The notes under the pieces were generated by a model, which was not told the origin of the DNA, searched no databases, and saw only the letters and a program-made list of their open reading frames with translations. The translations under genes and the position numbers were made by a program. Shown here one piece after another: positions 37,667-47,286 of a stretch of 64,000 bases of DNA; position 1 is the stretch's first letter, and the number at the start of each line of letters is the position of its first letter. The stretch is from the IMG/VR virus record IMGVR_UViG_3300017987_000001, positions 143,858 to 207,857 of that record; one strand, 5' to 3'.

Positions 37667-38395
37667 CTAGATCCCGGCCGCTTTCAGTGCCTTCTCGACG
37701 TCTACCACGAGCTGCTTCGCGATCGGCAGCTGCTCGTGAAGCGCTTCCGCCACCTCTTCCAGCTTATCATCCGGCGTCTTGTCGCGCTTCGCGAACTCGC
37801 GCAGCCGGACCAGCAGGTCGGGCAGCAGCTCGCCGTTGACCTTGGTCAGGACCGTGGTCGCCGTCTTGATCGGGCGTGAGAGGCCGCTCGGGACGCCCTT
37901 GTCGTCGTCCTTCTTCGTCTTCTTCGGATCCTGCTCGCCCTTGTACTCCTTGACGGCCTCGATGAACTCGTCGGAGTTCTTGAACTTGCCCTTCTCCCAC
38001 GCCAGCTGGAACTTCGCGCGGTCGTCGGGATCCTCGATCTTGACGAGATAGAGCATCGCGCGCCACGGCCAGAGGTCGGCAAGCTTCTTCACTTCCGACT
38101 TCTTGAAGAGCCGCGAGAACTTGATCGCCGCGTAGACGAGTGTCTTCTCCTCGCCGAGATACTTGATGATGTCCTCGACGACGTGGGCACCGTAGGTCTT
38201 CTCGTGAAGCTCCTTGCCCTCCTCGTCGGCCATCGTACGAGCGACAATGCCGAGATCGTACTTCCAGACGAGGTCGACCTTGGTCATCTCGTGCTTGCGG
38301 TTCGCCAGCTCGTTGACGTCGTCGCGGAACTTCGACTCCGCAGCCTTCAGCATGGACTTCTTCTGCGTCACAGTGATCGTTGCAGCTTCAGCCAT
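37667..38395 (-). CDS. hypothetical protein, weak DUF1016/YhcG N-terminal resemblance
   Basis: YGAHVVEDI...FSRLF...LWPWRAMLYLVKIEDPDDR. Confidence 0.45.
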   Translation of the reverse strand: MAEAATITVTQKKSMLKAAESKFRDDVNELANRKHEMTKVDLVWKYDLGIVARTMADEEGKELHEKTYGAHVVEDIIKYLGEEKTLVYAAIKFSRLFKKSEVKKLADLWPWRAMLYLVKIEDPDDRAKFQLAWEKGKFKNSDEFIEAVKEYKGEQDPKKTKKDDDKGVPSGLSRPIKTATTVLTKVNGELLPDLLVRLREFAKRDKTPDDKLEEVAEALHEQLPIAKQLVVDVEKALKAAGI

Positions 38396-38429
38396 TACGT
38401 CCTCCAGTTTCCCGATTCCTCCGCAGGAA

Positions 38430-38870
38430 TCACTTGTCGTCCGCTGAATCCTCAGGGACGAGATACCCTCCGTCTGACATTGCGGCCTGTTTGAACAGCC
38501 GCCGCAGTTCCTTCGCCGCACACCACCGCTCGTGCACGTTTAGAAGGCCGTGCGCAGTTTCGCGCACGGAGAGCGCTACCACGTGGAGGTCAAGCTCCAC
38601 AAGCGCGGCATGCTCCTCTGGTGTGAGTCCTTCCGTCAGGATGTTGTACACGGGGCTGTCCTGCATGAGCCGCACGAGCGTCGATAGATTCTCCGCAAGA
38701 CGCTCGTCCGGTCGCATAACAGCCAGCCGCCCGAACAGTACCTTCGCCTGCTCGGAGATGTGCGACTCCGTCATCTCCTCGCCGAGCTTCTTCAGATCGT
38801 CAGCGCTCGGGTAGGATCGTGACTTGAGCTTCTCCGGCGGGAGAAGCGGGCGCTCTTTCATGGTTGCCAT
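38430..38870 (-). CDS. hypothetical protein
   Basis: Operon context. Confidence 0.6.
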   Translation of the reverse strand: MATMKERPLLPPEKLKSRSYPSADDLKKLGEEMTESHISEQAKVLFGRLAVMRPDERLAENLSTLVRLMQDSPVYNILTEGLTPEEHAALVELDLHVVALSVRETAHGLLNVHERWCAAKELRRLFKQAAMSDGGYLVPEDSADDK

Positions 38871-39349
38871 TTCTGTCTCAGCCCAGCGGCAAATGCGTCG
38901 AACGGCAAAACCGTGAGCCGCGAGCCATCGTGGCCGTTCCGAATGATCGCGTTGACGCCCGGGATGACCGAGACGTCGGCATCGTGGATGATCCAGTTGC
39001 TCTTGGCGACCAGCGGGAAGACCACTCCTACTTTCAGTCCTTCTTCGTGCGTCGCGCGGGCTTCGATGAACGCCTGCGCGATCGGATGCTTCATGAAGGA
39101 TTTCAGCAACAGGTCTCCGATGACCTGCCCCTTCAGTTTGGTAACGGTGACATATACGGGTGGGTTGTACGCGTCGTTGAACCACTCGAACCCGAACTCA
39201 TCACCGGCCTCGTGCGCCAGCTCTCGGGCATCCTCATCATCCAACAGGATGGAGAGGAGCCGGTTGAGCATGCGAATGTCATAACGCTGCTCCGATTGCT
39301 GCCGCTTGTCGGCTTCGAACTGGTCGAAGCCGGGAAAGAGATTGTTCAT
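38858..39349 (-). CDS. hypothetical protein
   Basis: Operon context. Confidence 0.65.
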   Translation of the reverse strand: MNNLFPGFDQFEADKRQQSEQRYDIRMLNRLLSILLDDEDARELAHEAGDEFGFEWFNDAYNPPVYVTVTKLKGQVIGDLLLKSFMKHPIAQAFIEARATHEEGLKVGVVFPLVAKSNWIIHDADVSVIPGVNAIIRNGHDGSRLTVLPFDAFAAGLRQKWQP

Positions 39350-39924
39350 ACCGTTCCCTCATCACACAGCGAGTCGGTGAGCTTCCTGATATAGTTGCGC
39401 ACGCGACGGAGCCACTCGCAGTCACGGAAGTTGACGAAGAACATGAAGACGGGGATGTTGAGCACCTGCGCCAGACCACGCACGTACGTACCATTTGGCG
39501 CTGTGTCGTTGCGCTCCCAGTACGAGATAGTGGTCTGTGCGACTGGGATACCCTTGTCAGTCATGAGCTTCGCGAGGCGCCACTGTGGGACGCTCCGCTC
39601 TTCTCTGAACCTCCGTAGATTCTCTCCGAAGTGGTAGTCGTAGTGCGTGGGTGGTTGGGGGAGCGCGGGCAGATCTAAGATCTGCCCGGGCGGGACAGCT
39701 ATGTACGCTTCATCCGATAGCTCATTGTTCTCGGTATCGAACTTCAGGTCTTCGAAGTGGTGCCAGTAGAGCTTGCGACGCCCATTCCACTGTACGGCGA
39801 CCTTGTTGAAGTTCGACACACGAGTCGTTTGCTTGCGTACCGCGATACCCTTACGATCCTTCTTCGCGACCAACAGCTTACCGTTGGCCGCATACAGATC
39901 CGTACGCGCCCACACAACCCCCAT
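39346..39924 (-). CDS. protein with C-terminal XRE-family HTH
   Basis: FGENLRRFRE...QTTISYWER..TAP...LAQVLNI. Confidence 0.75.
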   Translation of the reverse strand: MGVVWARTDLYAANGKLLVAKKDRKGIAVRKQTTRVSNFNKVAVQWNGRRKLYWHHFEDLKFDTENNELSDEAYIAVPPGQILDLPALPQPPTHYDYHFGENLRRFREERSVPQWRLAKLMTDKGIPVAQTTISYWERNDTAPNGTYVRGLAQVLNIPVFMFFVNFRDCEWLRRVRNYIRKLTDSLCDEGTV

Positions 39925-39970
39925 GTAGTAGCTCCCTCCTCAAGCAACCCATATGCTATCTGAAGTGGAA

Positions 39971-41167
39971 CTACGATTCAAGCGGCTCGTCGTCTTCGCA
40001 CGCAACTTCCGGATCCTGAACCGTGGACTCCGGAATGGGCATAGCACCCACCCATTCCTTGTAGTCGTTGATGCCCAACCGCTTACGGAGTTCGACCATA
40101 AGCTCAGGATTCGACTGAACAGCCAGCCCCACATCCTGCCCGGAAACCGCCTTCAGCCCGAGCTGTCGACAGTTGAACGAGCGCGTGAGCGCCGTCATAT
40201 TCTCCGTAGAGGGTGTCACCTCAATGAGATCCTTTACCGCCGCTTTCTGCTGCGACAGCATTTCGGCGGTAGCGTGATTCCAGTCGAAATGCATTCGTGC
40301 GAGCGGGCCAGAATGATCGTAGACGAACAGCGTGTCGATCGAGCGCTTGTGCTCGCCAAACGAGTTCTTCTCCGATCGGAGCCTGAGCTGCGTCAACGTC
40401 TGCTCGGACCCGCGCTGATCCTTGATGCGGCGGATGCTGAGGTACACGGTCGCGTAGAAGTCCTGCGCGATACCGCTCGGCTTCGACTTCTCGTGGCCGG
40501 TACGCCCATCCATCTTCTGCTTCTCGTGGTTCACGTAGATCATCGCCATCGGCCAGCCTGCAAGCTTGCTGGCATACGTCTTCAGCCACTTCGTCCAGAG
40601 CAGCGCTTCGGACGAGTAGTCGCGCTTCGCCGAGCCGTCCTTCGCGATCTGTTCTCCGCGCTCCTCCGTGGCTGCGCCACTCAGGCTGTCCAAACCTACT
40701 GCGATGAGGAAGTCGCGACTCGGCTTCTCCTTCTTCATCCACTCGATAATCCACGTCAACGACTCCTGCGCTGCATCGACGCTGGTAACGGGACGCATGA
40801 GGATGCGCTTCGCCATCTCGCCGCATGTTGACTTCAGCATCGGTGCGCTGATCTTCTCGCCTTCCGTCTCCACGAGCCAGCCGGATCCCGTGAAGCTGCA
40901 GATGTGCCGCATGAAATCAAGCAGGAGCGCCGACTTGAACGACTCGGGCGGCCCAGCGATGCCATACGACTTCCCGAGGATCAGCTTGTCACTACCGAAC
41001 AGGTACTCCAACGCCAGCGACTGGAGCGGCAAGCCGACGTGCCGCTCGTTGATCAGTTCGCTGGCGTAAACGCCCTCCGCGCCGAACTGATTCTGTGCGC
41101 CATGCAGCAGCCCAAGGTGGGCGTCGGCAGGCATTGCTGCAGTGGCTTTCGCTTTTCGCTTTCCCAT
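39971..41167 (-). CDS. RecA/UvsX-like recombinase
   Basis: GPPESFKS Walker A variant, VETE, VGLDSL, YVNHEK. Confidence 0.8.
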   Translation of the reverse strand: MGKRKAKATAAMPADAHLGLLHGAQNQFGAEGVYASELINERHVGLPLQSLALEYLFGSDKLILGKSYGIAGPPESFKSALLLDFMRHICSFTGSGWLVETEGEKISAPMLKSTCGEMAKRILMRPVTSVDAAQESLTWIIEWMKKEKPSRDFLIAVGLDSLSGAATEERGEQIAKDGSAKRDYSSEALLWTKWLKTYASKLAGWPMAMIYVNHEKQKMDGRTGHEKSKPSGIAQDFYATVYLSIRRIKDQRGSEQTLTQLRLRSEKNSFGEHKRSIDTLFVYDHSGPLARMHFDWNHATAEMLSQQKAAVKDLIEVTPSTENMTALTRSFNCRQLGLKAVSGQDVGLAVQSNPELMVELRKRLGINDYKEWVGAMPIPESTVQDPEVACEDDEPLES

Positions 41168-41254
41168 GATTCCTCCAAGGTGGGCGGCCGTAGGTCATCA
41201 CGTGGTGCCCCGTTTTAAATGCACCGCCCACCCACGATTGTTGAACGCGACCAA

Positions 41255-42649
41255 CTATTGACCAGCGTTACCCGGAGTCTCTCCCTTGTTCTTCGCATCG
41301 TTCAGCATGGTGAGAGCCTGAGCGAGGAGCGCCGGGTCGACCGCACCGCCCGTCACCGCCGGACCGGGAGTGTGCGGAGCCGCATTGGGCGACTGAGGCG
41401 TCTGCTGCGTCTGCGGCTGCTGCCCGGCAGGTGCCGAGAACTCAGACGGAGTCGCAGGAACTTCCGGACCGGACGGGGTCTCTTCGTCGCCTCCGTCACC
41501 GGAACCCCAGCCGTCGTCCGCAGGCGGAGCCTGCTGAGTCTGCGGGGGAGCCTGTTGCGTCTGCTGAGTCTGCGGAGGCGCCTGCTGCGTCTGAGACTGC
41601 TGCAGCTGCTGCTGCGCCGCCCCCTGCAGTCCACCACCGCCACCCGTGGCATACGCCTGCCGCACGCCGCCGCGCATGCTGTTCTGCAGCGCCTGCCAAC
41701 TACCGCACGTGCCCTCGGGGAGCATCCCCTCGTACTCGCTGCGACCGAGTGCGAAGTCGAGCAGCTCGACCGGGAACGCCCGCTTCAGGTAGCCGATCTG
41801 CTGCTCTGCCGTGTGATACCGGAAGAGCTGGGGCCACGGGGTCCAGAAGCTGCGCACGCGATTCTGCATCGCCTCGTTGAGCGGCTTCTCGGCGAGCATC
41901 TCGATGTCGTAGTGCGCAATCTCCGTCTCCGTCTTCTCGGCCTGAAAGATCTTCATGATCCGGCCGTGCTCGGGCGAGCACCAGTCCCCGAGCTTGAAGC
42001 CGCGAGCACACAGCTCGTCGAACGCGCGACGTCCCTCTTCCGTATCCGTCGGCGGAAGCTGCGCAGGGAACTCGAAGCCCTCAACTTGCGCATTGCCCAG
42101 TCGCGAGAACGCCATGAGGATCGAGAGCGAACCCATGAAGAGCACCGGGAATCGCGGCTCTTCCTTGCCCGTGACGCGGTTCTTGCAGGGCTTACCCTTG
42201 ATCGCCGTGGCAGCCGCCTGCGCGAACATGTGCGTCTGGACCTTCGATACCTTCGCACCCCGTCCCGGACCGCTCTGGGTCCAGCCGTACCACTCCTTCG
42301 GGATGTCGTGCGGACTGTGCTCTGCCACCGTCAGCAGGGCATTGGTCAGCTTGGTCGTCGGATCCTCACCATCCAGCTCGGGGATCCGCGTGATGTACGT
42401 GAACGACTCGAATGCACCGAGCTTCTTCGCGACAGGCTCGGTCTCAACAGCCGGGCCGAAGTGGTCAAACTCGATGCTGTTACGCATCGGTTCCCAGCCA
42501 CCCTCTCGCGGAGCAGGGAAGATGCGGATCTCCGTGAATGTCTTCCAGTCGGGCAGCTGAGTCGAATGCGGCGTACCGGGCTGCTTGATCATGAACCCCG
42601 GAACGCCATCGAGTCCGCCACCGCCACCAGCACGATCTCTGAACGCCAT
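41255..42649 (-). CDS. putative ssDNA-binding / recombination mediator protein
   Basis: Lies between recA-like and pol genes; Gln/Pro/acidic low-complexity tail. Function inferred from context. Confidence 0.4.
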   Translation of the reverse strand: MAFRDRAGGGGGLDGVPGFMIKQPGTPHSTQLPDWKTFTEIRIFPAPREGGWEPMRNSIEFDHFGPAVETEPVAKKLGAFESFTYITRIPELDGEDPTTKLTNALLTVAEHSPHDIPKEWYGWTQSGPGRGAKVSKVQTHMFAQAAATAIKGKPCKNRVTGKEEPRFPVLFMGSLSILMAFSRLGNAQVEGFEFPAQLPPTDTEEGRRAFDELCARGFKLGDWCSPEHGRIMKIFQAEKTETEIAHYDIEMLAEKPLNEAMQNRVRSFWTPWPQLFRYHTAEQQIGYLKRAFPVELLDFALGRSEYEGMLPEGTCGSWQALQNSMRGGVRQAYATGGGGGLQGAAQQQLQQSQTQQAPPQTQQTQQAPPQTQQAPPADDGWGSGDGGDEETPSGPEVPATPSEFSAPAGQQPQTQQTPQSPNAAPHTPGPAVTGGAVDPALLAQALTMLNDAKNKGETPGNAGQ

Positions 42650-42650
42650 G

Positions 42651-43253
42651 TTAGTTGCTCCCTTCAAGCAATTGATCGATTATTGGTGTGAACATCTTGA
42701 TAAGCGCTTTCTTTTCTCTCTGTACCAATTCGAAGAACGGTTCTCTGTACGTCACCTCACGAAACATATACCGAGGAACGTAGTAGCATGGTTCCGCGTC
42801 GTTCGCCGCATCAATACGTCCGTTGCAAATCCGACCTCCACAAGGATCGTAGCCGACTTTGCTAAGGTCGATATCCGCAACATCGACGACGTGAATTCTG
42901 TCATCGCCGAGCGTGCGTACGATGAACAAGCAATGAGGGATGCTTCCCACATACTTCATCAGTTCATCATACTTATCCACGTCGAGGATATAGGTGGGCC
43001 ACTTCTCCCATCGTCCGCTTCGGCACTTCACTTCAGAAATGAAGCATAACGCGAGCGATGAGGTTCCTACCCGGTAGTGCGCGTACCGCCCAGCCAACGG
43101 TGGTGGAAGCTGCTGTAGATTAAGCACACTCCACGCATCGAGCGGATCGAAACGCTCGAAACGGTAGATCTCCGGATTCCCAAAGGCTTTGGACAGGCAA
43201 TGCAACGCGATGAACTCGTTCTCCATGTGTTCTCTGTTTTCGTAGGTAGGCAT
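42651..43253 (-). CDS. putative PD-(D/E)XK nuclease
   Basis: DPLD...FISEVKCR; more AT-rich than its neighbours. Confidence 0.45.
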   Translation of the reverse strand: MPTYENREHMENEFIALHCLSKAFGNPEIYRFERFDPLDAWSVLNLQQLPPPLAGRYAHYRVGTSSLALCFISEVKCRSGRWEKWPTYILDVDKYDELMKYVGSIPHCLFIVRTLGDDRIHVVDVADIDLSKVGYDPCGGRICNGRIDAANDAEPCYYVPRYMFREVTYREPFFELVQREKKALIKMFTPIIDQLLEGSN

Positions 43254-43268
43254 ACCTACTCCTCGATC

Positions 43269-46166
43269 TTACCAGTACTTTTCAGGCACTCCGATTTGCT
43301 CTAAGCTCTCTTTCTTTGGCTTCTCACCCCATCTCAGCATGATCTCCGGATCGATACCGAAGCTGAAGTTCAGCCGGGGAACCACCGCGTTGTGCACCAT
43401 GCACAGCGGGAGCACGAACTCCACGACATGTTCGATCTGTTCCACCGGCACTTCGAGCATGACTGCATCGTGAATCGCAAGCAGGATCCGATACGCACAC
43501 CACGGATTCTGCTGCTTATAGAGCCACAGGTTGTACAGCGCCGTCGACAGCGTGTCGGCGACGACGGACTGAATCGGGAAGTTGACTGCCTCCCGCTCCT
43601 GCGCTGCCATCACGGACTCGTCGGGCGACACGAAGAAGTGTCGTCGCCGTCCGTACGGGTTCTCGATCCAGTGCGGGTGATTGCGTACACAACTCTTGCA
43701 CCAGTTCACGTAGTCGCGAACCTTGCTATAGCGTTCGTACCACGCATCGATAATCCGTTGAGCCTTGTCGGCATCCATGTTGGCCGCGCCCTTGGTTTCA
43801 CGATTGACTTGACGGGCGATAGCCTTCGCTCCGCGCTGATACGGGATGCCGAAGTTGATATTCTTCGCAGCGACGTACAGGTGCGGGAAGGCTTTCGATA
43901 CCTCCTCGTAGCTGCACGGTGCGCGAAGGATGTCAACGGCAACCTTAGCGTGGAGCTTAATGGGGCCAAGAGCATCAGCGATGAGATTCTTGTCGCCGCT
44001 GATGTAGGCAAGCCCACAGACCTCGGCCGACTTGTAGTCAGCTTCGATGAGGACGTAGCCATCAGGCGCAATCACACACGATCTGAGCGACTGAACATCC
44101 TCGCCCATGATCATCTTGTACTTGCTCTCCTGACGCTTACTCCAGTTCTGCAGGTTGGGTCTGCTCGATCCGTACCGGCCCGTCTCCTTCGTCTGGGAGA
44201 TCATGGTACGAATACGCCCGTCGGGATCGATATGCCCGAGGAGACCTTCGATGTACATGTTCGGATCGTAGGTCATGTCCTCAGGAACTTCGGTCATTCC
44301 GGCGGGGGGACGAAGGAAGTTCTTCGTCATCTGGTCGATCGTCTGGAAGTTGCTGATCATCTCGACGACCGGCTGCACCTTCTCTGGAGCGTCGGCTGAG
44401 AGCAGCTCCAGTACTTCGGAATCAACGGCAGGCTTGACACGCGCACGCTCCTTCTCGGGCAGCGACATCACGCGATCCCACGTCATGGCGGGCTTACCGG
44501 TAGACTTCACCGGCATCAGCCCGAAGCCACCGTCTTCAGGCGACCCGAACAGCAACTCCGCCTTCTGCTTGTACGAGCGCGGGTTGAAGTCCGGATTACC
44601 GACGCCCTTGCGTACGTCTTCGAGAAGCTCCTGCTTCTTCTGAACGTAACGCCAGAGCATCGACACCATACGATCTGCGTCGATGAGGATACCGTTCTGC
44701 TCCATCTCGAAGATGGGCAGATTCGCGGGCATGACGACGTTGTAGAACAGATCACGCACGCTCTCGTTGCCCGGCTGATCGAGCAAGCCGGTCAGTGTGA
44801 GGAAGCAGCGGAACGTGCAGTCGGCATCTTTCGCGCCATACGGAATGATCAGTTCGGCCGGAATGCCCATATACCCGGACGTCTTGGTTACGATCGCCGG
44901 ATGCGCCTTGATCCAGTTCTCCAGATCGTAGTCGTATCGTCCGAGCGGGGTGTAACGAACCGACAGCCCGGTGAGGGAGTGGTCCGCGCTCTCGTTCAGA
45001 AGGTGATCTGCAAGCATCGTGTCGAAGTACAGATACTTCATGAACGGAACGCCAATGTCCTCCAGCCACGGGGCGTCAGCGCGAGCGAAGTGACCGATCA
45101 ACCGCACGCCGGGCCGATCGATCAGCCGCTTCAGCTCGTGAGCCACGCCGATGAGTTCGGTGGATTCGGATGAGTTGTTGAAGACCCACTCGCCGTTCTC
45201 CTCGCGCAGCACGATAACCGCCGCGAAGCCTGCTGCCCACGAGAACTGAATCGTGCGCAGCTTGCCACCCGACTGAGGGGACTGACCACCCCACTCGCAG
45301 TCGAACGCGAAGTACTTCACATCGGACTCGATGAGCAGATCGACCAACTTGATCAGCTGCGACTGCGTCTCGATGGTGAAGTAGTTCTCGGCTTCTCCCG
45401 GCGCCGTACCCGGGGCGTCGGCCATCAGTCCTATGAACCGACGGATGTCCTCTTCCAGTCCGGGTGTGAGCGACGGCTCCCGCAGCGACTGCGCGGGATT
45501 AACCGTCCCGATAACCGAGACCTTCGTGGGGTCGTCATTGCGCCCCGTCTCCGTCGGTATCTTGCCCATCTCTTGCGGGTCGAACACGATGTTCGCACCA
45601 CGCACCGACTTCAGTGTCGCCTTCCTGCCGAAGAACGCTTTCACGGCGTCCGTGCCGAGCAGGAGCATGTACTTGGGCCGCACGATGCGGAACTCGTACA
45701 TGAGCAGCGGCAGGCAGTCCTTGATGTGGTCTGCCCTGAGATTTCTCCCGCCGTCTGGCGGGATGAAGCGACACACGTTCGTCACGTATGCCGAGTTGAG
45801 ATTCACGTTCAGGTTGGTGAGAATGCGAGTCAGCTCTTCCCCGGCGTTACCGCACAGGTTCCTGCCGTACTCGACCTCTTCGGTACCCGGACGCTTGCCG
45901 ACGATCATCACGTCGGACTTGACCGGACCATACTGACCGCTTCCCCAAACGTGACCGGGGATCATCGTTACGGGCGCGTAGGTGTGCGGCACGTCGCCCT
46001 TGCCCTTCACATCGACCACGTGAAACGTCATGACGTTATGCAGTGCGCGATCGAAGAGTCTGGACGAGGGCGTACCCAGCACGCGCGAGTTGTAATCCCA
46101 CGTGTCAGTGAACGCCAAGTCGTCGAGGCCGATCTCGGCCAACGAGACTTCGACTTCTTCACTCAT
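43269..46166 (-). CDS. polA: family A DNA polymerase with N-terminal UDG-like and 3'-5' exonuclease domains
   Basis: UDG-like VMIVGKRPG and YVTNVCRF; exonuclease FDCE, DTM, YGAKDA; polymerase TGRYGSSRPNLQN, ADYKSAE, AKNINFGIPY, VNFPIQS, IHDA. Confidence 0.93.
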   Translation of the reverse strand: MSEEVEVSLAEIGLDDLAFTDTWDYNSRVLGTPSSRLFDRALHNVMTFHVVDVKGKGDVPHTYAPVTMIPGHVWGSGQYGPVKSDVMIVGKRPGTEEVEYGRNLCGNAGEELTRILTNLNVNLNSAYVTNVCRFIPPDGGRNLRADHIKDCLPLLMYEFRIVRPKYMLLLGTDAVKAFFGRKATLKSVRGANIVFDPQEMGKIPTETGRNDDPTKVSVIGTVNPAQSLREPSLTPGLEEDIRRFIGLMADAPGTAPGEAENYFTIETQSQLIKLVDLLIESDVKYFAFDCEWGGQSPQSGGKLRTIQFSWAAGFAAVIVLREENGEWVFNNSSESTELIGVAHELKRLIDRPGVRLIGHFARADAPWLEDIGVPFMKYLYFDTMLADHLLNESADHSLTGLSVRYTPLGRYDYDLENWIKAHPAIVTKTSGYMGIPAELIIPYGAKDADCTFRCFLTLTGLLDQPGNESVRDLFYNVVMPANLPIFEMEQNGILIDADRMVSMLWRYVQKKQELLEDVRKGVGNPDFNPRSYKQKAELLFGSPEDGGFGLMPVKSTGKPAMTWDRVMSLPEKERARVKPAVDSEVLELLSADAPEKVQPVVEMISNFQTIDQMTKNFLRPPAGMTEVPEDMTYDPNMYIEGLLGHIDPDGRIRTMISQTKETGRYGSSRPNLQNWSKRQESKYKMIMGEDVQSLRSCVIAPDGYVLIEADYKSAEVCGLAYISGDKNLIADALGPIKLHAKVAVDILRAPCSYEEVSKAFPHLYVAAKNINFGIPYQRGAKAIARQVNRETKGAANMDADKAQRIIDAWYERYSKVRDYVNWCKSCVRNHPHWIENPYGRRRHFFVSPDESVMAAQEREAVNFPIQSVVADTLSTALYNLWLYKQQNPWCAYRILLAIHDAVMLEVPVEQIEHVVEFVLPLCMVHNAVVPRLNFSFGIDPEIMLRWGEKPKKESLEQIGVPEKYW

Positions 46167-47286
46167 ACGACCTCCTATGGCAGGCGAGCTGGAACGCTCC
46201 CGTGTCGAAGATCGGGTGCTTATAGCCTGCGCGGTCGGCGTACTTGAGGACATAGACCCACAAGTCCTCCGACCAGTAGCTGCCGGGATCCTTCTCCGGC
46301 AGGCGTACCTCCAGCATGCCCCATCGACAAAGCGAGGTGAGCGAGTCACGAAGCTTCGTGTACTTCTTTCGCTTGTCCTCTGTATCCATCACGTCAGCAT
46401 CGGACATCAGGATGATCCCTGTCTCGCCCCACGCTGCGTGAATCAGTTGACGCTGACGGTCCCCGGCGCTATCTCCGAAGATGTTCACGCCCTGACCGCC
46501 TACCGACCACACGTCGGTAATGCCCTCCATGATCACGCCGACCGGATACTGGCTGGCCCAATCATAGTTGTAGAGCACCTGCGTCTTGCGCATGCCCGGC
46601 ATCGTGAAGTACTTCGGCAGGTTCTCGGGGACATTGTCACCGATGTACCGTGCCTGATACCCCATGAGTCTCGACGATTGCCGGATCGGGAGAATGATCC
46701 TGTCATCTACGAGCGGATGAGGATCATTCGGACAGTACGCCACCTGATGAATCTCCACGAGCCGCTGCACGTTGAAACCCCGTGTCGTTTCGAGGTAGTA
46801 CCGTGCAGGGTGATGCGGATCGAGCTGCGTAATGGGAACCAGCTTCTCGGGGAGCGTCGGGACGACAGGCTTGGGAGCCTCGCCCAGATGAACCGGCAGC
46901 GACACAGTATGTCGCAGCAGCGGACTGATCAGCTTACGCAGATCCTCCTGCCGCACGCGCTTGTCGTATCTGTCTGCTGCCCGGTTCAGGTCGCAACCGT
47001 CGTTGAAGCAGTTCGCCAGTCCGAGTCCGAACTTCACCTTCGTAGCCGGATCTTCGGTATCCCAGCGATGATTGATCCAGAGTCGGAACCGCGTGTCTCC
47101 GCAAAATGGACAACACACGCGGTACTCTTCGCCGTGATAGTCCTTATCGATCACGATCGTCTCACGCTGCGTGATGAAGTCAGGCCGTACCGTGTAGCGC
47201 ATCGCTTCACCCTCCTTGGCGATCTTCACGCCGGAGGGGAATGCAAGCTTGAGCGCATTGAAGAGCTGTGGATTCAGCGGCATCAC
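46159..47286 (-). CDS. DNA primase (Zn finger + TOPRIM)
   Basis: CPFC, MEGITDVW, DAD. Confidence 0.88.
   Translation of the reverse strand: MMPLNPQLFNALKLAFPSGVKIAKEGEAMRYTVRPDFITQRETIVIDKDYHGEEYRVCCPFCGDTRFRLWINHRWDTEDPATKVKFGLGLANCFNDGCDLNRAADRYDKRVRQEDLRKLISPLLRHTVSLPVHLGEAPKPVVPTLPEKLVPITQLDPHHPARYYLETTRGFNVQRLVEIHQVAYCPNDPHPLVDDRIILPIRQSSRLMGYQARYIGDNVPENLPKYFTMPGMRKTQVLYNYDWASQYPVGVIMEGITDVWSVGGQGVNIFGDSAGDRQRQLIHAAWGETGIILMSDADVMDTEDKRKKYTKLRDSLTSLCRWGMLEVRLPEKDPGSYWSEDLWVYVLKYADRAGYKHPIFDTGAFQLACHRRSYE

Noticed and set aside
41380-41640. CAG-rich repeats (QQTQQAPP)
   Set aside because: An ordinary low-complexity protein linker.
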